Shown: positions 26,570 through 39,809 of the stretch, one piece after another
Position numbering within the stretch: the stretch's first letter is position 1
Layout: every line of letters starts with the position of its first letter
Assembly: GCF_018350175.1 (NCBI RefSeq)
Contig: NC_058368.1
Span: 107,510,001 to 107,574,000, forward strand
Length of the DNA stretch: 64,000 nucleotides
From: Felis catus
Taxonomy: Eukaryota
Direction: 5' to 3'
Translations under genes and position numbers: made by a program
The notes under the pieces: generated by a model
Told to the model about the DNA's origin: nothing
Databases searched by the model: none
Seen by the model: only the letters and a program-made list of their open reading frames with translations

Positions 26570-27110
26570 AATATAGCAGATTGCATTTAACAAGGTGGCC
26601 AGAATAGTATCTCCCTTCCTGCAACGTTTTCTAGAATTTTACCTCCAGTCCATCAAAATGTGCTCCCCCCCCCCCACCGCCAGATATTCAGTGGATGTTT
26701 GTGACTGACTTGTCCAACAGTATATGGCAGAAATGTTGTTATGTGACATCCACGGTTAGGTCTTAAAAAAGTCCACTTCTTCCTTGTTCACTTTAGACAC
26801 TTATCCTGAGAATCCAGCCACCATATCCAAGCAGCCTATGGAAAGCCCACATGGAGGGAAACTGAGGTTCCATGCCCATAACTCCAAGTGAATCTCAGCT
26901 GACACACAGTATCTACTTGATCTGGACAGTCATTTTGGAGTGAATCCCAATTTTCATTCAACCCATGACACCTGATCGCATATCATATCACTTGGAGTAA
27001 AGATAAGCTTCCCTATTAAGCCCTGAGAAAACTGCAGACTTGTTGTCAAAATTAATGATTATCATTTTAAGTTACTAAGATGGGGGTGACAGTTTACACA
27101 CAGAGTTATG
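26570..27110 (+). mobile_element. MaLR MLT1G/H-like LTR
   Basis: 'gcccacatggagggaaactgagg', 'aattaatgattatcattttaagttactaag' motifs. Confidence 0.7.
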
Positions 27111-27523
27111 TACACTGGGTTAGGCAAAGAGATATTGTGACACAAAGCACAATCTATAGAAAATATTGATAAATTTAATTTTCCCAAAATTAAAATCTCT
27201 GCAATTCAAAATACATGGGTAAGGAACTTTAAGGACAAACCACAATGTGGAAGAAAATATTTGCAAAACAGATACCTGATATAGGACCTGTATCTAGAAT
27301 ATATAAACCATCTTAAAACTCAACAATAAGAAAATAAATTTTTAAAATGGTATGAGAGAGGGACAAAAGACTTGAATGGACACTTTACCAAAGATGACAC
27401 ATGGATGAAAATAAGTGTGAAAAATGATGTTCAATGTTATTAGTGTTTAGCAAAACACAATTAAAACTCACAATGAGATACTTGTATGCACCTATTAGAA
27501 TGTCTAAGATTAAGAAGATTGAG

Positions 27524-28434
27524 ATCCTGGGAAGATGGCAGTGTAGGAGGACGCTGGGCTCACCGCACGTCCTGCTGATCACTTAGATTCCACCTACACC
27601 TGCCTAAATAACCCAGAAAACCACCAAAGACTAGCAGAACGGAGTCTCTGGAGCCAAGCGCAGACGAGAGGCCCACAGAAGAGGGTAGGAAGGGCGGCGA
27701 GGTGGTGCGCACTCCACGGACTGGCGGGAGGGAGCTGGGGTGGAGGGGCGGCCCGCCGGCCAAGCAGAGCCCCTGAGTCTGGCTTGCAAAAGCGGAGGGG
27801 CCGGACGGAGTGTGTTCCGACAGCAAGCGGGACTTGACATCTGGAAGGTTATAAGCTAACAGCTCTGCTCGGAGAACTGGAGGGCTGGAGGACAACGGGA
27901 GGGAGAGTTGTTGAGCCCTGGACGACAGAGCTCAGCTTGGTGCTCGCCAGCGCCATCTCCCTCTCCCATTCCCCAGCCAAAATCCCAAAGGGAACCAGTT
28001 CCTGCCAGGGAGCTTGCTTGCACCGTGCAAACACCCATCGCTGTGCTTGTGCGGATCCATCCCTCCAGCGTCGGGTGTGACTCCCTCCCGGTGCCGCAGG
28101 GCCCCTCCCAAAGCTGATCACCGAAGGATAAGCAAGCTAAGCCTGCCCCTCCTGCCCCTGTGTACCTTGCCGATCCACCCCAGCTAATATGCCAGATCCC
28201 CAGCACCACAAGCCTGGCAGGGTGCAAGTAGCCCAGACGGGCCACGCCACCCCACAGTGAATCCCGCCCCTAGGAGAGGGGAAGAGAAGGTACACACCAG
28301 TCTGACTGTGGCCCCAGCAGTGGGCTGGGGGCAGACATCAGGTCTGACTGCAGCCCCGCCCACCAACGCAAGTTATTCAAGACAGCACAGGGGAAGTGCT
28401 CCACAGTCCCACACCACTCCAGGGACTATCCAGA
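27524..28434 (+). promoter_or_regulatory. L1 5'UTR internal Pol II promoter region (CpG-rich)
   Basis: Most CpG-rich segment of the window. AAGATGGC YY1-type motif near the 5' end. Confidence 0.7.
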
Positions 28435-29326
28435 ATGACCAAACAGAAGAATTCCCCTCAGAAAAACGTCCAGGAAATAACAACAGCTAACGAACTGATC
28501 AAAAATGATTTAAACAATATAACAGAAAGTGAATTTAGAATAATAGTCATAAAATTAATCGCTGGGCTTGAAAACAGTATAAAGGGCAGCAGAGAATCTT
28601 GCTACAGAGATCAAGGGACTAAGGAACAGCCAGGAGGAGCTAAAAAATGCTATCAATGAACTGCAAAATAAAATGGAGACAACTACAGCTCAGATTGAAG
28701 AGGCAGAGGAGAGAATAGGTGAACTAGAAGATAAAATTATGGAAAAAGAAAAAGCTGAGAAAAAGAGAGATAAAAAAATCCAGGAGTATGAGGGGAAAAT
28801 TAGAGAACTAAGTGATGGACTAAAGTGAAATAATATACGCATAATTGGTATTCCAGAGGAGGAAGAGAGAGGGAAAGGTGCTGAAGGGGTACTTGAAGAA
28901 ATAATAGCTGAGAACTTCCCAGATCTGGGGAAGGAAGAAGGCACTGAAATCCAAGAGGCACAGAGAACTCCCTTCAGATGTAACTTGAATCGATCTTCTG
29001 CACGACATATCATAGTGAAACTGGCAAAATACAAGGATGAAGAGAAAATTCTGAAAGCAGCTAGAGATAAACATGCTCTGACATATAAAGGGAGACCTAT
29101 AAGACTCGTGACCGATCTCTCTACTGAAACTTGGCAGGCCAGAAAGGAATGGCAGGAGATCTTCAATGTGATGAACAGAAAAAATATGCAGCCAACATTC
29201 CTTTATCCAGCAAGTCTGTCATTTAGAATAGAAGGAGAGATAAAGGTCTTCCCAAACAAACAAAAACTGAAGGAATTCATCACCACTAAACCAGCCCTAC
29301 AAGAGATCCTAAGGGGGATCCTGTGA
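28435..29326 (+). pseudogene. L1 ORF1p (RNA-binding), disrupted
   Basis: MTKQKNSPQKNVQE... ARHIIVKL, YPASLSF, KPALQEIL. Frameshift near 28600 and a TGA near 28826. Confidence 0.93.
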
Positions 29327-29376
29327 GACAAAGTACCAGAGACATGGCTACAAGCATGAAACCTACGCACATCACA

Positions 29377-32300
29377 ATGACTCTAAACCCATATCTTTCT
29401 ATAATAACACTGAATGTAAACGGACTAAATGCGCCAACCAAAAGACATAGGGTATCAGAATGGATAAAAAAACAAGACCCATCTATTTTCTGTCTACAAG
29501 AGACTCATTTTAGACCTGAGGACAACTTCAGATTGAGAGTGAGGAGATGGAGAACTATTTATCATGCCACTGGAAGTCAAAAGAAAGCTGGAGTAGTCAT
29601 ACTTATATCAGACAAACTAGACTTTAAATTAAAGGCTGTAACAAGAGATGAAGAGGGCATTATATAATAATCACAGGGTCTATCCATCAGGAAAAGCTAA
29701 CAATTATAAATGTCTATGCGCTGAATACGGGAGCCCCAAATATATAAAACAATTACTCACAAACATAAGCAACCTTATTGATAAGAATGTGGTAATTGCA
29801 GGGGACTTTAACACCCCACTTACAGAAATGGATAGATCATCTAGACACACAGTCAATAAAGAAACAAGGGCCCTGAATGATACATTGGATCAGATGGACC
29901 TGACAGATGTATTTAGAACTCTGCAACTCAAAGCAACAGAATATACTTTCTTCTTGAGTGCACATGGAACATTCTCCAAGATAGATCACATACTGGGTCA
30001 CAAAACAGCCCTTCATAAGTATACAAGAATTGAAATCATACCATGCATACTTTCAGACCACAATGCTATGAAGCTTGAAATCAACCATAGGAAAAAGTCT
30101 GGAAAACCTCCAAAAGCATGGAGGTTAAAGAACACCCTACTAAAGAATGAGTGGGTCAACCAGGCAATTAGAGAAGAAATTAAAAAATATATGGAAACAA
30201 ACGAAAATGAAAATACAACAATCCAAACGCTTTGGGATGCAGCGAAGGCAGTCCTGAGAGGAAAATACATTGCAATCCAGGCCTATATCAAGAAACAAGA
30301 AAAATCCCCAATACAAAATCTAACAGCACACCTAAAGGAAATAGAAGCAGAACAACAAAGACAGCCTAAATCGAGCAGAAGAAGAGAAATAATAAAGATC
30401 AGAGCAGAAATAAACAATATAGAACCTAAAAAAACTGTAGAGCAGATCAATGAAACCAAGAGCTGTTTTTTTGAAAAAATAAACAAAATTGATAAACCTC
30501 TAGCCAGGCTTCTCAAAAAGAAAAGGGAGATGACCCAAATAGATAAAATCATGAATGAAAATGGAATTATTATAACCAATCCCTCAGAGATACAAGCAAT
30601 TATCAGGGAATACTATGAAAAATTATATGCCAACAAACCGGACAACCTGGAAGAAATGGACAAATTCCTAAACACCCACACATGTCCCAAACTCAATCAG
30701 GAGGAAATAGAAAGCTTGAGCAGACCCATAACCAGTGAAGAAATTGAATCAGTCATCAAAAATCTCCCAACATATAAGAGTCCAGGACCAGATGGCTTCC
30801 CAGGGGAGTTCTACCAGACGTTTAAAGCAATGATAATACCTATCCTTCTCAAGCTATTCCAAAAAATAGAAAGCAAAGGAAAACTTCCAGACTCATTCTA
30901 TGAAGCCAGTATTACTTTGATTCCTAAACCAGACAGAGACCCAGTAAAAAAAGAGAACTACAGGCCAATATCCCTGATGAATATGGATGCAAAAATTCTC
31001 AATAAGATACTAGCAAATCGAATTCAACAGCATATAAAAAGAATTATTCACCATGATGAAGTGGGATTCATTCCTGGGATGCAGGACTGGTTCAACATTT
31101 GCAAATCAATCATTGTGATACATCACATTAATAAAAGAAAAGATAAGAACCATATGATCCTGTCAATCAATGCAGAAAAGGCCTTTGACAAAATTCAGAA
31201 CCCTTTCTTAATAAAAACCCTTGAGAAAGTCGGGATAGAAGGAACATACTTAAAGATCATAAAAGCCATTTATGAAAAGCCCACAGCTAACATCATCCTC
31301 AGTGGGGAAAAACTGAGAGCTTTTTCCCTGAGATCAGGAACACCACAGGGATGTCCACTCTCACCCGCTGTTGTTTAACATAGTGTTGGAAGTTCTAGCA
31401 TCAGTAATGAGACAACAAAAGGAAATCAAAGGCATCCAAATTGGCAAAGATAAAGTTAAGCTTTCACTTTTTGCAGATGACATGATATTATCCATGGAAA
31501 ATCTGATAGACTCCACCAAAAGTCTGCTAGAACTGATACATGAATTTAGCAAAGTTGCAGGATGCAAAATCAATGTACAGAAATCAGTTGCATTCTTATA
31601 CACTAATAATGAAGCAACAGAAAGACAAACTGATCCCATTCACAATTGCACCAAGAAGCATAAAATACCTAGGAATAAATCTAACCAAAGATGTAAAGGA
31701 TCTGTATGCTGAAAACTATAGAAAGCTTACCAAGGAAATTGAAGAAGATATAAAGAAATGGAAAAACATTCCAGCTCATGGATTGGAAGAATAAATATTG
31801 TCAAAATGTCAATACTACCCAAAGCTATCTACACATTCAATGCAATCCCAATCAAAATTGCACCAGTATTCTTCTCGAAACTAGAACAAGCAATCCTAAA
31901 ATTCATATGGAACCACAAAAGGCCCCGAATAGCCAAAGCAATTTTGAAGAAGACCAAAGGGGGAGGCATCACAATCCCAGACTTTAGCCTCTACTACAAA
32001 GCTGTAATCATCAAGACAGCATGGTATTGACACAAAAACACAAAAAGACCAATGGAATAGAATAGAAACCCCAAAACTAGACCCACAAACATATGGCCAA
32101 CTAATCTTTGACAAAGCAGGAAAGAATATCCAATGGAAAAAAAGTCTCTTTAACAAATGGTGCTGGGAGAACTGGACAGCAACATGCAGAAGGTTGAAAC
32201 TAGACCACTTTCTCACACCATTCACAAAAATAAACTCAAAATGGATAAAGGACCTGAATGTGAGACAGGAAACCATCCAAACCCTAGAGGAGAAAGCAGG

Positions 32301-33183
32301 AAAAGACCTCTCTGACCTCAGCCGTAGCAATGTCTTACTTGACACATCCCCAAAGGCAAGGGAATTAAAAGCAAAAATGAACTGCTGGGACCTTATGAAG
32401 ATAAAAAGCTTCTGCACAGCAAAGGAAACAACCAACAAAACTAAAAGGCAACCAACAGAATGGGAAAAGATATTTGCAAATGACATATGGGACAAAGGGC
32501 TAGTATCCAAAATCTATAAAGAGCTCACCAAACTCCACACCCGAAAAACAAATAACCCAGTGAAGAAATGGGCAGAAAACATGAATAGACACTTCTCTAA
32601 AGAAGACATCCAGATGGCCAACAGGCACATGAAAAGATGCTCAACGTCGCTCCTCATCAGGGATATACAAATCAAAACCACACTCAGATACCACCTCACG
32701 CTAGTCAGAGTGGCCAAAATGAACAAATCAGGAGACTCTAGATGCTGGAGAGGATGTGGAGAAACGGGAACCCTCTTGCACTGTTGGTGGGAATGCAAAT
32801 TGGTGCAGCCACTCTGGAAAACAGTGTGGAGGTTCCTCAAAAAATTAAAAATAGACCTACCCTATGACCCAGCAATAGCACTGCTAGGAATCTACCCAAG
32901 GGATACAGGAGTACTGATGCCTAGGGACACTTGTACCCCAATGTTTATAGCAGCACTCTCAACAGTAGCCAAATTATGGAAAGAGCCTAAATGTCCATCA
33001 GCTGATGAATGGATAAAGAAACTGTGGTTTATATACACAATGGAGTACTATGTGGCAATGAGAAAGAATAAAATATGCCCCTTTGTAGCAACATGGATGG
33101 AACTGGAGAGTGTGATGCTAAGTGAAATAAGCCATACAGAGAAAGACAGATACCATATGTTTTCACTCTTATGTGGATCCTGA
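29377..33183 (+). pseudogene. L1 ORF2p (EN/RT), disrupted
   Basis: MTLNPYLSIITLNVNGLN, CLQETH, GDFNTPL, SDHN, YRPISL, QGCPLSP, FADDM and the C-terminal HCWWEC. Several frameshifts and stops (~29660, ~29735, ~31365, ~31630, ~31770, ~32028). Confidence 0.95.
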
Positions 33184-34444
33184 GAAACTTAACAGAAACC
33201 CATGGGGGAGGGGAAGGAAAGAAAAAAAGAGGTTAGAGTGGGAGAGAGCCAAAGCATAAGAGACTGTTAAAAACTGAGAACAAACTGAGGGTTGATGGGG
33301 GGTGGGAGGGAGGAGAGGGTGGGTGATGGGTATTGAGGAGGGCACCTTTTGGGATGAGCACTGGGTGTTGTATGGAAACCAATTTGACAATAAACTTCAT
33401 ATATTGAAAAAAAAAGAAGATTGAGCATACTAAGTATTGTTGCAGATGTGAATAAATGGGCCCTCTCATACACTACTAGAAGGAATGTAAAATGGTGTAG
33501 CCATTTTGGAAAATAGTTTGGAAGTTTTCAAAGAAAAATGAAAGCATATGGCCATACAAAGATTTGTATTTTAAATGTTCGTATCAACTATCTATGTAAT
33601 AATCACAACTGAGGAAATGTCAATGTCCATCAACATGTGAGTGGGTAAACAAAGTGGCATATCCTTATATACTCTTCAGCAGTAAAAACAAACAAAATAT
33701 GAATACACGTTACATACAACTTAACTGGATTTCAGAATAATTATGCTGAGTGAAAGAAGTCAGCCCCCAAAAAACTACACACTGTGTGATTCCATGTATT
33801 TAAATTCTAGGGAATGCACATTTTATGTTTGGTGACAGAAAGCAAATCTGTGGTTGCCTGGGGCTGGTGGTGGGGATAACAAAGATTATAATTGCATACA
33901 CGGAAACATTAGGGATGATAGATATATCGATGGTTTTTACACTCTTCTTTTTAATTTTTTTTTAATTTGAGTATAGTTGACACAATGTTAACATTGTTAG
34001 CTGTAGGTGTACACTACAGTCACTCACCATTTGTATGCATTCTGCCATGCTTGTCACAATTGGAGCTATCATCTGTCACCATACAACACTATTACTATAC
34101 CAATGACTAGATTCTTTATACTATGCCTTTTATTTTCATGACTTATTCATTTTATAATTTGAAGAGTGTATCTTTCCCAATCCTACACTCATTTTGTTTA
34201 TCCCCTCACCTCTCTCCCTTCTGGTAACCATCAGGTTGTTCCTTTTATTTATAAGTCTGATTCTTTTTGTTTGTTTATTTGTTTATTCATTTGTTTTGTT
34301 TTTTAGATTCCATGTATATGTGAAATCATATGGTATTTGTCTTTTTCCATCTTTTTTCATTTAGCATAATATTCTCTAGGTCCATCCATACATCCATGTT
34401 GTCACAAATGGCAAGATCTCATCTTTTTTAATGGCTTCATACTA

Positions 34445-34447
<3 letters not shown>

Positions 34448-34479
<32 letters not shown>
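34448..34479. repeat. (TG)n microsatellite
   Basis: Directly visible. Confidence 0.95.
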
Positions 34480-34481
<2 letters not shown>

Positions 34482-35302
34482 ACCACATCTTCTTTATCTA
34501 TTCATCTATAAATGGACATAGGTTGCTTACCTATCTTGGTTATAGGAAATAATGCTGCAGTAAACACAAGGGTTCATATATATTTTTGAATTAGTGTTTT
34601 TGTTTTCTTAGGGTAAATACCCAATAGTGGAATTAATAGATTACATGGTATGTCTATTTTTAAGTTTTTTAGCAACCTTCATACTGTTTCCCACAGTGGA
34701 TGCACCAGTTGGTATTCCCACCACCAGCGCTCAAGACTCTCCACATCCTCACCAACAATTGCTATTACTTGTCTTTTTTGTTTTAGGCATTCTGGCAGGC
34801 ATAAGGTGACCTCCCATTGTGGTTCTGATTTGCATTTTCCCGATGATTAGTGATGTCAAGCATCTTTTTGTGTGTCTGTTGGGTATCTTTAATGTCTTTC
34901 TTTGAAAAATGTCTGTTCAGGTCCTCTGTGCATTTTTAAATTGCATTGTTTGTTTTTTTGGTGTTGGCCTCTATGAGGTCTTTAGATACTTTGGATATTT
35001 AGCCCTATTGGCTCTATCATTTGCAAATATCTTTTCCCATTCACTTGGTTGCCCTTTTTTTTTTTTTTTTTTTGATGTTCGTTTCCTTTGCTGTTCAGAA
35101 GCTTTTTATTTTGGTGTAGTCCCATTAGTTTATTTTCACTTTTGTTTCCCTTCCCTTAAGGGACACATCTAGAAAAATGTTACAGCAGCTAATATCAAAG
35201 AAATTACTACCTGTGCTCTCTTTTAGTGCCTTTCCACTATTCTTATTAAGTGAGCGGTATTGTCTTTTCCTCTTCCCCCATCTTCACTTTAAATGCACCT
35301 GA

Positions 35303-35556
35303 GGGGGGTGCCTGGGTGGCGCAGTCGGTTGAGCGTCCGACTTTAGCCAGGTCACGATCTCGCAGTCCATGAGTTCGAGCCCCGCGTCAGGCTCTGGGCT
35401 GATGGCTCAGAGCCTGGAGCCTGTTTCCGATTCTGTGTCTCCCTCTCTCTCTGCCCCTCCCCCGTTCATGCTCTGTCTCTCTCTGTCCCAAAAATAAATA
35501 AACTTTGAAAAAAAAAATCTTAAAAAAAAAAAAAATAAATAAATAAATAAATAAAT
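35303..35556 (+). mobile_element. Young SINEC_Fc
   Basis: CpG-rich near-consensus body, (TAAA)n tail. TSD aaatgcacctga at 35291-35302 and 35557-35568. Confidence 0.97.
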
Positions 35557-38500
35557 AAATGCACCTGAATAAAAAGCAATGACAGTGAAAAATTAGAAAC
35601 CTGGAATATATTTCCACTACTCAAATAAATTGTCAGTTGTTTGGTAGAATCCTTTAATACCTCTGGGTCCTGTTTTCTACATAGATAAAATAGGAATAGT
35701 CATATTCCATACTCTTACTGGTTTGATTATCTTTTTTTAAACCTGGAAAATGATTTTTTATTTACTTTTAGTTAACTTTTTAAATTGAAGTGTCATTGGC
35801 TTAAATTCATGAACCTGATCAAGAGTCACCTGAGATCTAAGCCACAGAGTTAGCCAGCCAAGAACCTCCCATTTTGATTCTTTTACATGTGGCTGTCCAG
35901 TTTTTCTAATACCATTTATTGAAGAGACTGTCCCCTACCCATTTTTATATTTTTCCTCCTTTCTCATAGATTTTATATTTTTCCTCCTTTCTCATAGATT
36001 AATCTGCCATATAGATATTGGTTTATTTCTTGCCTCTCTGTCCTGTTCTGTTGATATGTTTTATTTTTCTACTAGTACTATACTGTTTTGGTTACTATAG
36101 CTTTGTCATATATCCTGGTATCTGGAATTATAATACCTTCAACTTTGTTCCTCCTTCTCAAGTTTTCTTTGACTCTTTGAAGATTTTTGTGGTTTCATAT
36201 GAATTTTAGTGTTGTTTGTTCTAGTTCTGTGAAAAAAATGCTTTTGGTATTTGGGTATATATTGCATTGAGCATATATATTGCTTTGGGCAGTATGGACA
36301 TTTTTGCCATATTAATTCTTCCAGCTCATTACCACTTTATATTTTTTTTGTTTGTGTTGTCTTCAGTTTTTTTTCATCAGTGACTTGTAGTTTTCAGAGT
36401 ATAGGTCTTTTACCTTCTTGGCTAAACTTATCTGTAGGTATTTTATTCTTTTTGGTGCAGTTGTGAATAGAATTATTTTATTAATTTCTCTTTCTGCTAC
36501 TTCGTTATAAGCATATAGAAATGCAAGAGATTTCTGAGTATTAATTTTGTACCTTGCAACTTTACCAAATTAATTTATCACTTCTAATAGGTTTTTGGTA
36601 GAATTTTTAGTGTTTTCCATATATCATATCATGTTATCTGCACATAGTGATAGTTTTCCTTCTTCCTTACCATTTTGGATGGCTTTTATTTCTTTTTCTT
36701 GTCCTACTCCTATGGCTAGGGCTTGCAGTACTATGTTGAATAAAAGTGATGAAGGTAGACATCCTTGACTTGACCTTGATCTTGACCTTAAAGGAAAAAC
36801 TCTCAGTTTTTCACCATGAAGTATGATGTTAGTTTTGGTTTATTTATGGCCTTTATCATTTTGAGGTACATTCCTTCTGTACCCACTTTGTTGATAATTT
36901 TATGTTTATCATAAATGGCTGTTGAATTTTTTCCAAATGAGTTTTCTGCATCTATTGAGATGATCATATGATCATCTTTCATTTTGTTAATGTGGTATAT
37001 TACATTGATTGATTTATGAATATGATCTGCCTTTGCATCTGTGGAGTAAATCCTACTTGATTGTGGTGAATGATTTTTTAAATACATTTTTACGTTTGGT
37101 TTGCTAATATTTTGTTGAGGATTTTTGCATGAATGTTCATCTCTTCTCTTTCTCTCTCCTCTTTCTGGGATCCCTATAATAGGAGTTTTATTATGCCTGA
37201 TGATGTCACTGAGTTCCCTTAACCTATTCTTAGTTTTTATTATCCTTTTTTCTTTTTGCTGTTCAGCTTGGGTACTTTTCATTACCCTGTCTTCCAGATT
37301 GCTGATCCATTCTTCTGCATCCTCTAAATCTGATGTTAATCCTATGTGAGCTCTGTGTGCCTTACTATTTTTCTGCACTGCATTTGCCTTCATTCTTGTC
37401 TGCTGTAATGACCCACTTTGTCTGCTATGGATGCACTAGGCAAGATTTGGTTCCTGTACTGTTGAGAGGCCTTTCTGAGGTCACTGTGGGCTTGTTAGCA
37501 GGCAGGCTAACACATACCTTAGCTGTCTGTCATCAACCCCTCTTCCACAACTGTAGGCATACCAAAGAGCAGGGCCTGCTCTCTGCACAGCCAACTCAGA
37601 GGCTTCATTGGTGTGTGGGGCCACCAGTTAGACTGGGTATCTGTAACCAGCTCTCTGCCATAGATGCAGCCATACACAATGGCAGGGCTTGCTCTCTATG
37701 CAGCCACCGGAGGCCCAGCTGCTAGAACTGTGAGTGTGCTGGTCTAAGGGGTTCTCTCCCCTTCTCTCCAGGGCAAGGATCACTTTAGAGTATGTTGGTG
37801 CAGTTGTTGAAAGACATAAATGTTATAAGCCTTGATAATGTCCACTAAATGCAACTGAGTATTAAGAAGGGTGCGCTTACTACCCTGTCCTCTCCCACAG
37901 AGAGATAAGAGCAATAGACAGAGCCTAAGAGCAAAGTTGAGGGATTTGGAGAGACATCATTAGCTGCAGCAGTAGGAAAAAGGATTCTGAACAAGGGAGG
38001 GTAAGTTTTCAGAGCACACAAGAAGCTGTATAGTTGTGAACTCTGCTCATCTGGCAGGCGAGATAAATTTTGTTAGTCCAAGTGATTTTTAAGGCTATTT
38101 GTAAAGCTGGCTTTAATATACCTTAATAGGGATTCATTAAGGAAATGGCTTGTTACCATTCATGTGTTTAATGATTATGGCATATTTCCTTAACTAGACA
38201 TGCAATTGATTGCTTTAAATACCCAGCTCTGCAAGGCTATTTCTGTACTTTGCTACGTAAAATAAGCTTAGTTATAGAAATGTTTCTATTTACTGGGAAG
38301 AGACAGTATTTAAACAAACTATAAAATAAAAAGGGGTATATATTAAATACAATGATAGTGATTTTATTATCAAAACTATAATTTTTCAGCGGCCTTATAT
38401 TTCATTTTGGTTATTAAGTGATATTAGGTGCGCATGCAGTGGTGGGAGATTACAGAATAATTAATTACAGACAAGGAAAGATTCAGAGTCTTATCAAGGC

Positions 38501-38729
38501 TAATATATTTGTCTACGTTGCTATTTTCTCCTTCTTGACTTTATTAGGATAACTATCTTAATTATTTCTAATACGCTCCTGTGAAAGTGGTTAATAATGG
38601 TTTTAGTCCTGGTGACTCCATCAATGAGCCTGTGGCAAGTAGCAGACATCCAGCAATTTAACATCTATATGTTATCTGCAGCCATCTTCCACATCCTTTA
38701 TTTGTTTATTTGGCAAATATCATTACTAG

Positions 38730-38932
38730 AGAGAGGCAGGCATTGTTGTGGAGTAAAAGTAACCCAGACAGGAAGTCTAAATGGAAGTCTGAAGATATCA
38801 GTTCTAAGTTCTTCTTCTACAACCTGAGTAAGCTTGAAAAATCATTAAAAACTATCTAAGCCTATACTTTGCCACCTGTAATATAGAGATAACACCTTCA
38901 CTGTCTTACCAAGTTGTTGTAAGAATCCGATA
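38730..38932 (+). mobile_element. MIR SINE
   Basis: Degenerate MIR core ('ctaagcctatactttgccacctgtaatatagagataacacc...gttgttgtaagaatc'). Confidence 0.6.
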
Positions 38933-39169
38933 CATTCATTTCAGCCAATATTTATTCTTCTATACCTACCATAAGGTCTGATACACACTATGACATAGAA
39001 GATACATAAGACAAATGAAAGGATGCATTATAGTATCATATTAAGTCACTTTTTTCCCTCTAGGCTTAAGTTATATCTAAGGATCTGGTAGTAACATTAA
39101 TTCTTTCTGGTCAATAAAAGATATGCAGGCTTGCAAATTTAACTTTTTCATGTTGTTCCTATAGGGCAA

Positions 39170-39790
39170 AGGAAGATTAAAAGTTAAAATATGGGGGAAG
39201 AAACATCAGACATTTATAAACAAAAGATAAAACTGACCTAGCTACTATATTAACATAAAAGAAGCTTATTTTAAGGCAAAAAAAAAAGTGACTGGTAATT
39301 AAAGATTACTATAAAATAATTTTAAAGGTTTAATTCAATGGGTGATACAATGCTAAATTCATAAAGACATAAAACAGAGCAACACACATATCAAGGAAAA
39401 TTGATAAGTCCACCATTTGATATTTTCTGAGAAATTTTAAATGTATTTTTCTTAGTAATTGATAGATGAAGCAGACAAAATAATCAGTACATATACAGAT
39501 TTGAAAAGTCTGTCTAAATGATTTTATAGATCCATGTACTGAATGCTTAGAAAATAAAGATTATTTTTCAAATACATGTGGAAATTTGCAAAACTTGACT
39601 AAATATTATGACATAACCAGAGAGGAAAACAATTTCAAAGAAGTGCTATCATTGGACACATTGTTTTGCAACAATAAATTAAGATGGAAATTGTTAACAA
39701 ATTAATTACTCTCCATATTCTTTGAAAGATAATGTGCCCAGTACATCCCATGTCAAAGAAAAGTCATAAAAGAAATCGAAAAGGAAGTTT
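39170..39790 (+). mobile_element. Ancient L1M ORF2 endonuclease relic
   Basis: Degenerate EN-coding sequence ('aaaagttaaaatatggggg', 'attgatagatgaagcagacaaaa', 'caaaacttgactaaatatt'). Confidence 0.6.
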
Positions 39791-39809
39791 AAAATATGTG
39801 AGATGACGA

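Larger units (their letters stand above)
27524..33413 (+). mobile_element. Full-length young felid L1 (L1_Fc-like), inactivated
   Basis: GC/CpG-rich ~910-nt 5'UTR, ORF1, ORF2, 3'UTR, AATAAA and polyA. Perfect 12-bp TSD aagaagattgag at 27512-27523 and 33414-33425, at a TT|AAGA endonuclease site. Confidence 0.98.
27112..33945 (+). mobile_element. Old L1M ORF2 3' end/3'UTR (27112-27523 and 33414-33945), host of the full-length L1
   Basis: 'MRY..TPIRM.KIKK' region resumes colinearly after the TSD ('taagtattgttgcagatgtg...'). Confidence 0.8.
33950..37790 (-). mobile_element. Older L1 (L1MA9/L1_Carn-like) with two large internal deletions and an internal foreign segment
   Basis: T-tail at ~33950 and 3'UTR. 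ORF2 runs back to [14 protein letters not shown] (37140), then ORF1 EDAEEWISNLEDRV...IIGIPE (37141-37345), then 5'UTR-like sequence. Confidence 0.85.

Noticed and set aside
27560..28490. Several GC-rich ORFs on both strands, and a CpG island suggesting a host promoter
   Set aside because: All lie in the L1 5'UTR. Long frames are expected at high GC, and nothing here supports an ORF0-like product.
29648..31378. 576-aa ORF as a novel RT-based system or host gene
   Set aside because: It is a frameshift-bounded piece of ordinary L1 ORF2 inside a TSD-flanked element.
38518..38664. Additional minus-strand exon between C and D (DVKLLDVCYLPQAH*...)
   Set aside because: Weak acceptor and donor and several stops in the phase-compatible frame; not supportable without homology.
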